Source: an uncultured archaeon (GTDB lineage Archaea > Thermoproteota > Nitrososphaeria > Nitrososphaerales > Gagatemarchaeaceae). From it: a stretch of DNA of 64,000 bases. The notes beneath the pieces were generated by a model. The model saw nothing but the letters and a program-made list of their open reading frames with translations, had not been told where the DNA came from and did no database searches. The stretch is taken from the NCBI GenBank assembly GCA_963817525.1, contig CAWFOU010000008.1, positions 84,084-148,083 on the forward strand. Reading direction: 5' to 3'. Shown here one piece after another: positions 56,458 through 64,000 of the stretch. A program made the translations under genes and the position numbers. The first letter of the stretch is position 1. Every line of letters starts with the position of its first letter.

Positions 56458-57788
56458 AGTGACCGCCCCCTTCTGGCGCACTTTGCAAAGGCCCTCCGGC
56501 TCGCGCCGATCGTCGCGTCGAGGTCGGCCGTGGTGTGGGCCGTCGAGACGAAGATCGTCTCGAACGCGGAGGGAGGGAGGTAGACGCCGTCGTCTAGCAT
56601 GGAGCGATGGAACTCGCCGTAGAGCGCCCTGTCGGTCGTCTTCGCTTCCTCGAAGTTGGCGACCTTCCGCCTTGAGAAGAAGAGCCCCAGCATCGAGCCC
56701 GCCCTGTTTGTGCTGACCTCCACGCCCTCCCCTCCGGCCTCCTCTAGGAGTCCCCGCTCCAGCCGCTCGGCCGTCGAGTCGAGCTTGCTATAGGCCCCGC
56801 CCCTCTCCATCAGCGAGACCGTGGCCAGCCCGGCGGCCATCGCGACCGGGTTGCCCGACAGCGTCCCGGCCTGGTACACGGGCCCCTCGGGAGCCACCAT
56901 CCGCATGAGTTCGCGCGAGGCGCCGTACGCGCCCACGGGGAGGCCGCCCCCTATCACCTTGCCCAGGCAGGTGATGTCAGGCCTGACGCCGAGCACGGCC
57001 TGGGCTCCGCCGAGCGACAGCCTGAACCCGGTAATCACCTCGTCGAAGATCAGGAGCGCGCCGTCCTCGGTGCAGAGGCTCCTCGCCCTCTCGAGGAACC
57101 CCTCCGCGGGCGGGACGACCCCCATGTTCCCCGCGACCGGCTCCACGATCACCGCGGCGAACTCCCCCTTGTGGGCGGCGAAGGCTGACTCCAGCGCGCG
57201 GACGTCGTTGTAGGGGATCGTTATTGTCTCGGCCGCGACCGCAGCGGGCACACCCGCGGACGAGGGCACGTCGAGCGTCGCCAGGCCCGAGCCGGCGTTC
57301 GTCAGGAAGGGGTCCGAGTGCCCGTGGTAGCACCCGTCGAACTTGAGGAGCTTGCTTCTCTTGGTGTGGGCCCTGGCGAGCCTCAGGGCGGACATCGTCG
57401 CCTCCGTTCCCGAGCTCACGAACCTTACCTTCTCGATGCTCGGGACCGACGCACAGACCTTCTCCGCGAGCTCCACCTCGGCCTCGGAGGGCGCTCCGAA
57501 GCTCGTCCCCCGTCTCAGCGCGGACGAGACGGCGGCGACCACCTCGGGGTGGGCGTGCCCAGCTATGAGCGGCCCCCAGGAGCAGACATAGTCCACGTAG
57601 CGGGCCCCGTCGGCGCTCCAGACGTGCGAGCCCTTCCCTCGCGAGATGAAGATGGGCGTCCCGCCGACTGCTTGGAATGCGCGCACCGGGCTGTTCACGC
57701 CCCCGACCATGACCTTCTGCGCGCGGGCGAAGAGAGCCTCCGACCTGCGCCGACCGGCCTTCTTGGATTTCACCATCTCGGGCTGCAC
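56454..57788 (-). CDS. hemL: Glutamate-1-semialdehyde 2,1-aminomutase
   Basis: GGVNSPVRAF, SWGP, SGTEATM, GCYHGH, FDEVITGFR, GKVIGGG.P, YQAGTLSGNP. Confidence 0.97.
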   Translation of the reverse strand: MQPEMVKSKKAGRRRSEALFARAQKVMVGGVNSPVRAFQAVGGTPIFISRGKGSHVWSADGARYVDYVCSWGPLIAGHAHPEVVAAVSSALRRGTSFGAPSEAEVELAEKVCASVPSIEKVRFVSSGTEATMSALRLARAHTKRSKLLKFDGCYHGHSDPFLTNAGSGLATLDVPSSAGVPAAVAAETITIPYNDVRALESAFAAHKGEFAAVIVEPVAGNMGVVPPAEGFLERARSLCTEDGALLIFDEVITGFRLSLGGAQAVLGVRPDITCLGKVIGGGLPVGAYGASRELMRMVAPEGPVYQAGTLSGNPVAMAAGLATVSLMERGGAYSKLDSTAERLERGLLEEAGGEGVEVSTNRAGSMLGLFFSRRKVANFEEAKTTDRALYGEFHRSMLDDGVYLPPSAFETIFVSTAHTTADLDATIGASRRAFAKCARRGRSL

Positions 57789-57809
57789 TCCGCCAGACGC
57801 GACCGCTCG

Positions 57810-58538
57810 CTACCCGAGCAACCGGAGGAGGTGGGCCGCGTCGGTCCTGACGCAGGTGAAGATGGGCGTCTCCAGCTCCGTGTACTTGCTTGCCTCGGTG
57901 CTCCTGAGCTCCTCGACGAGCGCCAGGAACTCGCCGGGGTCGTCCCCCTCGAAGGCGAGGACGAACTCCTGGTCGTCGAGCCCGAAGGAGTAGCCCGTGT
58001 TTATCTTGATCTTGGGATACTTGCGCCCCACCTTGAAGTGCTCTCCCATTATCCTCTGCCTCTCCGCGAACGGGAGACCGTACCAACTCCTCATCTTCAC
58101 GAACGGGTAGACGAACATGTACTTCGCCTTGTCCGGCGGGGAGGGCTCCTCTCCATCCGGGTGCTTATGCGACCGCGTGTAGTGGGACTGCCTCGTCATG
58201 GCCAGGTAGGAATAGGGTATCTCGAGGAACCTCCCCAGCGACGTCGCAAGCACCGCGGAGACTAGCTCCTGGAAGGGCTCGAGGCGGTCGGAGTCCGCTA
58301 GTATCATGAAGTCGGCGTCGCCCCTGATGCCGACGAGCGAGAAGAGCTGCAGCTTCAGGCCCGCCTGTCCTTCGAGCAGGGCGGCGAGCTCGTCCCTGGC
58401 GGCGTCCCTCTCCTCCGCAGGGAGCGACCTCCACTCCCGGGCGACCTTGAAGAAGGTGTACTTCAGGAATCGCGACTCTTGGGCCGTCCTCTGGCCGTCC
58501 ACCTGGGCCGTCGGGCTCTCCTCCAAGCCTCCGCTCAC
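57810..58538 (-). CDS. hemQ: Coproheme decarboxylase / chlorite dismutase family (ChdC/HemQ-like)
   Basis: GTG 58538 overlapping hemB stop; SLVGIRGDADF, YPFVK...WY.LP..ER..IM.EH..VG, YSFGLDD.EFV.AFE, LR.TEA. Confidence 0.85.
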   Translation of the reverse strand: MSGGLEESPTAQVDGQRTAQESRFLKYTFFKVAREWRSLPAEERDAARDELAALLEGQAGLKLQLFSLVGIRGDADFMILADSDRLEPFQELVSAVLATSLGRFLEIPYSYLAMTRQSHYTRSHKHPDGEEPSPPDKAKYMFVYPFVKMRSWYGLPFAERQRIMGEHFKVGRKYPKIKINTGYSFGLDDQEFVLAFEGDDPGEFLALVEELRSTEASKYTELETPIFTCVRTDAAHLLRLLG

Positions 58539-59543
58539 TGCTCCTCTCTCAGCCAGGCCGCGAGCTGCTCCGCGTAGTAGGAGATTATGATGTCCGCCCC
58601 CGCCCTCCTGATCGAGGTCGCGACCTCTAGCGCTGCCCTCTTCTCGTCCAGCCAGCCATTGGCGCTCGCGGCCTTGATCATCGAGTACTCCCCGCTGACG
58701 CTGTAGGCGGCCAGCGGGAGGTCGTGCCTCGCCCGCGCCTTGCTGATAACGTCGAGGTAGGCGAGGGCCGGCTTGACCATTATCATGTCCGCCCCCTCCC
58801 TCACGTCCGAGTCGATCTCCCTCATGGCCTCCCTGGCGTTCGCCGGGTCCATCTGGTAGCCCTTCCTGTCGCCGAACGACGGAGCCGACTTTGCCGCTTC
58901 GCGGAAGGGCCCGTAGAAAGACGACGCGTACTTTGCGGAGTAACCCATAACGAGCCTCTCTTCGTAGCTCGACCCGTCCAGCGCCTTTCGTATGGCCAGG
59001 ACCTGCCCGTCCATCATCGCGCTGGGGCAAACAATGTCGGCGCCCGCGGCGGCGTACTGGAGGGCCGCCTCTGCCAGGAGGGGGAGCGTCTTTTCGTTGC
59101 TCACTCCTCCGTCGACCAGCAAGCCGCAGTGGCCGTGGGAGGTGTACTCGCACAGGCACACGTCGGCCGCCACCACGAGCGAGTTGAAGTGGCTCTTTAT
59201 CTCCCTGACCGCCCTAGGGACGACCCCGTCGCGGGAGTATGCCTCGCTCCCGGACTCGTCCTTGGAGTCTGGGATCCCGAACAGGAGGACAGACCGCACC
59301 CCTTCGTCTGCCAGCCTTCCCACGTAGTCGGAGACCGTGTCCACGGAGTATCGGTTCACCCCCGGCATCGCATCCACGGGCTCGACTACGCCCTGGCCGT
59401 CCCTCACGAAGACGGGCGCCATCAGGCTCGACGCGTGGACGCGGCTCTCCTTCAGCATCTCGCGTATCGTCTCCGTGCGCCTCAGCCTCCGGAGCCTCTC
59501 GTCGGCCCGCCTGCCCGGGTCGGCCTGCCCGCTCCTCGAGCAA
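58535..59543 (-). CDS. hemB: Porphobilinogen synthase; TTG 59543 is one base out of frame with the body
   Basis: MPGV, DVCLCEYTSHGHCG, PSAMMDG, YSAKYAS.FYGPFR, YQMD, MVKP, AY.VSGEY; RLRRLRR arm in-frame upstream of track ATG 59458. Confidence 0.95.
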
Positions 59544-60335
59544 CTAGCCCGCCTCCCCCCGCGCGGCCCTGCTCAGCTCGTCCACGAGGCTCTCAAGGGT
59601 GTGTGTCTTAGGGGTGATGACCCGCCCAAAGCCCCTCCGACGCGCGGCGGCGGCGGTCACCGGCCCTATGCAGACCGCGAGCGCTCGGTCAGCGAGAGCG
59701 GCCAGCCCGGCGGCGCCGAGCCTCCCTGCGAAGGCTTCCACGGCCGACGGGCTCGCGAAGACCACGGCGTCCGCGTCAGTAACCTCATGCCCGGTCGACG
59801 CTCCCTCCTCCCCCTTGACAGAGGATGTCCGGTAGACCGCGAGGTCGGTGACCTTGAAGCCCTTCCCGTCCAGAGTCGCCACGGCCTCGGGGTCGCTGAT
59901 GTCCGCCCTCAGCATGAGCACCGCCCGCCCCCGCCCCGTCGGCAGCTGCTCTGCCATGACCTTGGTAAGGTACTCCTCGGGCACAAAGTCCACCGCAATC
60001 CCCTCCCTTTGGAGCGCGGCGCTAGTCATCTCCCCCACTGCCGCGACTGCGGGCCTTCCTGTCCAGGGCAACGCGAGCCCGAGCGCCCTCATCCTCCCCG
60101 CGAAGAACTCCGCCCCAGTGGCGGATGTGAACAGCACCCAGTCGAAGCTCCTCAGGTCCTTCAGGCTTGAGTCGACGCGCGACCAGTCCTCTGGCGGGAG
60201 GAACTCGATCGTGTCCATCTCGATGGGCTCGAATCCCAGAGCCTTCAGGCTCTTGGCCAGTCCGGCGTTCCCCTTCCTCGACCTGGTTATCACTACCTTC
60301 GTGATCTTCCGTGCGCCCTCTACCTGGGCCTTCAT
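59544..60335 (-). CDS. hemD: Uroporphyrinogen-III synthase
   Basis: VVITR, FTS..G, AVG..T, VY.T, FASPSAV, IGPVT. Confidence 0.92.
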   Translation of the reverse strand: MKAQVEGARKITKVVITRSRKGNAGLAKSLKALGFEPIEMDTIEFLPPEDWSRVDSSLKDLRSFDWVLFTSATGAEFFAGRMRALGLALPWTGRPAVAAVGEMTSAALQREGIAVDFVPEEYLTKVMAEQLPTGRGRAVLMLRADISDPEAVATLDGKGFKVTDLAVYRTSSVKGEEGASTGHEVTDADAVVFASPSAVEAFAGRLGAAGLAALADRALAVCIGPVTAAAARRRGFGRVITPKTHTLESLVDELSRAARGEAG

Positions 60336-61267
60336 GACGCCGCACCCTCCCAGTCACCCTTCAGGAACTCCTCGGCGAGCCCCGTCCCCAGGGACGCGGC
60401 CTTGCTGCTCGGCCCCGATGCAGAGCGTCGCCTGTAGTCGGTCCCGTCCTCCTTGGCGACCATCCCGACCATGGTTATCCTCGACCCCGACACCCGCGCG
60501 CACCCCCCGACCGGCACGTTGCAGTCGACGCCCAGGCGCTGGGCGAAGGCCCTCTCGCACGCCGACTCGAGCCCCGTCGCCTCATCGTGTATCCCCGCGA
60601 GTACCTTTGCGACGTCGCTGTCTCCGCGCCTCATCTGGACCGCGATCGTCCCCTGCCCCAGGGCTGGGACCATCTCCTCTATGGAGAAGGTCTGGGAGAT
60701 CTTCGTCCCCTCCCCTAGCCTTTCCAGGCCGGCGACCGCGAGGACGATCGCGTCGAGGTCTCGGGTGGCGCCGTCGACGACCCTACGGAGGCGCGTGTCG
60801 ACGTTCCCGTGGAGTTCGACGACTTTTAGGTCACGCCTCATCTTCATGAGCTGCGCCTTCCTCCTCAGGCTGCTGGTGCCGACCCTCGCGCCCCTGGGGA
60901 GGGCCTTGATGGTCCCTCCGCTCCTTGAGACGAGGGCGTCCCTCGGGTCGCTCCTGGTGGGGGTGGCTCCGATCTCGAGGCCCTCCGTGGGGTCGCTCGG
61001 GAGGTCCTTCATGCTGTGAATCGCGACGTCGATCTTTCCCTCGAGGAGGAGTGCCTCCAGGTCCCCCGTGAACGCCCCCTTCTCCCCCGCCCTGCCGAGC
61101 CCGCGCTTCGCCGCTGGAGGCAGCCGGTCTCCCAGCGTCTTCACGGGGACGAACTCGAGCGCTATGCTGTCGCCGAAGCGCTTCTTGATGAGCTCTGACA
61201 CTATTGATGTCTGCGCCCTTGAGAGCCTGCTGCTGCGCGCCCCAATCCTCACGTTGAGGACGCCCAC
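60332..61267 (-). CDS. hemC: Porphobilinogen deaminase
   Basis: GTG 61267 coupled to hemA stop; GARSS.L...Q, T.GD, KG.F, HSMKD.P, GTSSLRR, LA.AGL.RL, PA.GQG, C..PVG. Confidence 0.96.
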   Translation of the reverse strand: MGVLNVRIGARSSRLSRAQTSIVSELIKKRFGDSIALEFVPVKTLGDRLPPAAKRGLGRAGEKGAFTGDLEALLLEGKIDVAIHSMKDLPSDPTEGLEIGATPTRSDPRDALVSRSGGTIKALPRGARVGTSSLRRKAQLMKMRRDLKVVELHGNVDTRLRRVVDGATRDLDAIVLAVAGLERLGEGTKISQTFSIEEMVPALGQGTIAVQMRRGDSDVAKVLAGIHDEATGLESACERAFAQRLGVDCNVPVGGCARVSGSRITMVGMVAKEDGTDYRRRSASGPSSKAASLGTGLAEEFLKGDWEGAAS

Positions 61268-62580
61268 TACTTCTCCCCCTGCTCGAAGATTCGCTGCACC
61301 AGGTCTAGCCGCTCGTCTTGGGGGAGCTCCGGGCTGGACGACTTTGCGAAGCTGGTAGGCGGCGCAAGGAGCTTGCTCACCAGCCTCTTGCTCATGGCTT
61401 CGACGACCTTTCTCTCCCTGCCGGAGAGGCGGGGGAGCCTCCTCAGCGCCGCGTCGGCCTCGGCCCTGCGAGTGCTCTCCGCCCAGGTGTAGACCTGAGA
61501 GAGGGCCGACGTCTGCCTGCTCGCCAGCAGCCAGCGAGAGAAGCTCTCCGCCTCGGCGAAGACGAGCTCCTCCGCGCGCCTCGCCTCCGGCCTGAGGGGC
61601 ACGCGCCGGGATGCGAGTACCCTTGCGAGGTCCTCCAGGTTGTAGACCTCCGACTGGCCGTCGCCCAGCCCGGGGTCGATGTTCCTCGGGAACGCGAGGT
61701 CGAGGATAACTCGCTTCCTGGCACCGAGGTCGCTCTTCTTCAGGACGTATCCCCTGTGTTTGGTCGCGGAAATAATCAGGTCGCACCTGGCCGCCACGCG
61801 CTTCAGGTCCTTGTGAGAGACGATTGTGGCGCGCGAGAACGAGGGGACGGAGGCCCTCCTCGTCGCCACGTAGATCCTCGCGCCGTCGAGCTGGTTCGCG
61901 GCGAGCCTGGTCGTCTTCCCGGTCCCTATCAGGAGGACGCTCCGGGGAGTTTGGGCGAGCCGCTCCAAGGCGAATCGGATGGCAATCGAGCTCACGGAGT
62001 CGTACGGCTCCTTGAGAGCCCCCCTCGCTCGCCTGCCCACGCTGACTGAGGCGTCGAAGAGCGCAGAAAGGGTTCCCCTAGATGATTTTGAGGTCCTCGC
62101 GGCGACCCCCGCGTCCTTGACCTGCGAGAGTATCTGCTCCTCCCCGATCACCATGGAGTCGAGCCCCGACGACACGCGGAAGAGATGGGCTATCGCGTCG
62201 ACGTCGCGGCGGACATACACCGAGTCCCGCCCCATCCCTGGCGTGCTCGAGACCCAATCCAGGAACGCGCGTTCCGCCTCGTCCGCCGAGTCGGAGGCCA
62301 TGAGAATCTCAATCCTGTTGCACGTGACCAGCTGCGCGTACTCCTTGACCCCGGGCAGCCTGGGGAGCTTCTCCGAGTCGCGAGAGAGGCGCCGCGCGAG
62401 CGCCTCCCTAAAGGAAAGGGACGAGGTCTTGAAGGACGTACCGACGAGGACGACTGAGGAGCCCCTGGTCGAGGCGGACGGCTTGGCCTTCGCCTGCGCC
62501 GCTATCTGGCCGTCCCCCTGCACTGGAAGGGAAACGCTCTCCGGTTGCTCGACCAGAGTGGACTTCAAGAAACGGGCCAC
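61267..62580 (-). CDS. hemA: Glutamyl-tRNA reductase
   Basis: TCNRIE, HLFRVSSGLDSM.IGE.QIL.QVK, SVS, IGTG, DLAFPRNID, KLL..P. Confidence 0.95.
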   Translation of the reverse strand: MARFLKSTLVEQPESVSLPVQGDGQIAAQAKAKPSASTRGSSVVLVGTSFKTSSLSFREALARRLSRDSEKLPRLPGVKEYAQLVTCNRIEILMASDSADEAERAFLDWVSSTPGMGRDSVYVRRDVDAIAHLFRVSSGLDSMVIGEEQILSQVKDAGVAARTSKSSRGTLSALFDASVSVGRRARGALKEPYDSVSSIAIRFALERLAQTPRSVLLIGTGKTTRLAANQLDGARIYVATRRASVPSFSRATIVSHKDLKRVAARCDLIISATKHRGYVLKKSDLGARKRVILDLAFPRNIDPGLGDGQSEVYNLEDLARVLASRRVPLRPEARRAEELVFAEAESFSRWLLASRQTSALSQVYTWAESTRRAEADAALRRLPRLSGRERKVVEAMSKRLVSKLLAPPTSFAKSSSPELPQDERLDLVQRIFEQGEK

Positions 62581-62689
62581 GACCCCTTATTTTATTATTT
62601 AACGTTTGTTAGCATGGACGGTCCGTGCGAGAACCTGCCGATCCCGAGCCCGGACACGTCGGAGGGCCAAGACCTCCGGTAGTTCAGGC

Positions 62690-62720
62690 AAAAAATGGGA
62701 GATGCCCCCGGTCGGGGGGC
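62690..62720 (-). terminator. Hairpin plus T-tract after the PQQ dehydrogenase gene
   Basis: GCCCCC..GGGGGC stem (62704-62720), then TTTTTT on minus strand (62690-62695). Confidence 0.5.
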
Positions 62721-62743
62721 CTGGTTTGTTGTATCTCCTAAAA

Positions 62744-64000
62744 TTAGGAGGCGGGCTTCCTGCCACGCATGGCAAGATAGCCCGTAGCTATGATGAAGAT
62801 CACGGCGACTATAGCTACTGCGTATAGCGCTGTGTTGCTGCTTGACGTTGTCGATGTGGAGGTCACCGTGGTTATCGCTCCGCTCGCGGTGACTGTGGTT
62901 GTCTGCCCGTTGGCTCCGGTCGTTACCGTTACGACAGCGCCTGAGGCTGTGGCTGTCGTCGTGGATGTGGCTGTCGTCGTGGATGTGGCTGTCGTCGTGG
63001 ATGTCGAAGTCACAGTGGCGGTGCTCGTGCTGGAAGGCGGGAGGTTCTGCAGGGTCAGGGCCACGATGTCTCCTGGCGTTGTGCCTGGACACGTCGATAC
63101 GGCCTCGAAGCTACACGACCCTACTGGGACCAGGATGTACTCCTGCCCGTTGACGGATGCTCCGATTGAGACGCTCACGTCCATTGGCGCGCCGATGTAG
63201 TAGTCCCTGATGAGCCCGCCTGTCTGGGCGTTCACCATCGTGATGTCGCCCGAGGATAGCACGTTGTAGACGACGTTACCGCTAACGTCGGTCTGGCCAC
63301 GGTATCCCTGTTCGGCTGCGACTGGGTAGTGCCAGTTGAGGGCTCCGGTCTGTGCGTTGATGGCCCAGAGTGTTGCGTTGTTGGTGATAGTGCCGCAGGT
63401 CGGACACGCCACGCCTCCTTCACCTGTTGAGGTAAAGTAGGTGGACGCGTTGAGCCCGAAGTAGCCCATGTATTCAGGCACAAGGTGCGAGGTGGCATAG
63501 ATTACGCCGGTGGATGGGTCGAACGCCTGCTCGTCCTCGAAGCCGGCCAGTTCAGATGGCCACTGGAGGAACGGAGGCTGCGAGCCCCTCAGGCACGCGA
63601 TGGTGTAGGCTGGTGCGCAGTTCAAGAGCGCGGATGGGAAGTCGATGCCAGTCTGAGATGCGTTCATCGGGTTCATGGGGAAGCAGACCGGGCACCTAGT
63701 CGGTCCTGGCGACTCAGTGCCTGCGGCTGGGTCCCACGCCCAGATCAAGTTGCCTGTCAGGGCGTTGATCTCGAAGAGGTATCCGTCCTTGCACGTCTTC
63801 AGGATGACCTCGGTGTTGACGCCCGAGAGGGTGACGTTGGCGAGTGCTTGGTACCAGGAGCAGTCGTAGTCCCAGACGTCGTGAGTCGTGGTCTGGAAGC
63901 CCCATACGATCTGGCCCGTGGTGATGTTGAGTCCGAGGACTGAAGCTGACCAGAGGTCAGGTCCTGGGTCGCAAGGCCCTGTGAACGGGTCCTTGTTGTT
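62744..64000 (-). CDS. PQQ-dependent dehydrogenase-like beta-propeller, C-terminally membrane-anchored (5'-partial)
   Basis: Frame open to window end: PGPDLWSASVLGLNITTGQIVWGFQTTTHDVWDYDC..CKDGYLFEINALTG..IW; repeated A.TG...W blades; Thr-rich linker, TM, RGRK tail. Confidence 0.88.
   Translation of the reverse strand, partial: NNKDPFTGPCDPGPDLWSASVLGLNITTGQIVWGFQTTTHDVWDYDCSWYQALANVTLSGVNTEVILKTCKDGYLFEINALTGNLIWAWDPAAGTESPGPTRCPVCFPMNPMNASQTGIDFPSALLNCAPAYTIACLRGSQPPFLQWPSELAGFEDEQAFDPSTGVIYATSHLVPEYMGYFGLNASTYFTSTGEGGVACPTCGTITNNATLWAINAQTGALNWHYPVAAEQGYRGQTDVSGNVVYNVLSSGDITMVNAQTGGLIRDYYIGAPMDVSVSIGASVNGQEYILVPVGSCSFEAVSTCPGTTPGDIVALTLQNLPPSSTSTATVTSTSTTTATSTTTATSTTTATASGAVVTVTTGANGQTTTVTASGAITTVTSTSTTSSSNTALYAVAIVAVIFIIATGYLAMRGRKPAS
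62949..63002. repeat. 3 x 18-bp perfect tandem repeat encoding TSTTTA linker
   Basis: GTGGCTGTCGTCGTGGAT x3 inside the PQQ dehydrogenase linker. Confidence 0.9.

Noticed and set aside
57810-58538. Chlorite dismutase / perchlorate metabolism
   Set aside because: No signal peptide, and its position inside a heme operon with hemE and hemH favours coproheme decarboxylase
62949-63002. Tandem 18-bp repeats as a possible CRISPR-like array
   Set aside because: No spacers; in-frame coding repeat for a Thr-rich linker

Overview
High-GC, gene-dense archaeal chromosome segment. A thermosome, an intron-containing tRNA-Leu, thermopsin, a PEF-CTERM-like tail, a SoxL-type Rieske protein, TATA-type promoters and many GTG/TTG starts suggest (inference) a non-ammonia-oxidising, probably acid-tolerant Nitrososphaerota-like lineage. 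Main blocks: (1) surface protein + Rieske + cytochrome b; (2) arginine deiminase/carbamate kinase/APC permease/USP cluster without ornithine carbamoyltransferase; (3) mixed housekeeping and accessory genes (ACD, pyrC/pyrD, ABC exporter, PolX, IDI-1, thermosome, HMG-CoA synthase); (4) a sulfur locus: SsuABC-like ABC importer divergent from RHH regulator-sat-[AlkP-superfamily enzyme]-cysC, with repeated RTAATTAY operator-like boxes; (5) an eight-gene heme operon of the coproporphyrin-dependent type (hemA-C-D-B-chdC-L-E-cpfC) lacking the coproporphyrinogen oxidase; (6) a partial membrane-tethered PQQ dehydrogenase. Reading the DNA directly also shows two probable CTG start codons, four genes with broken frames, two small ORFs missing from the ORF track and several palindromic candidate operators. 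No CRISPR array, IS element or integrase was seen. All protein family calls are from motif recognition by eye; no database search was run.
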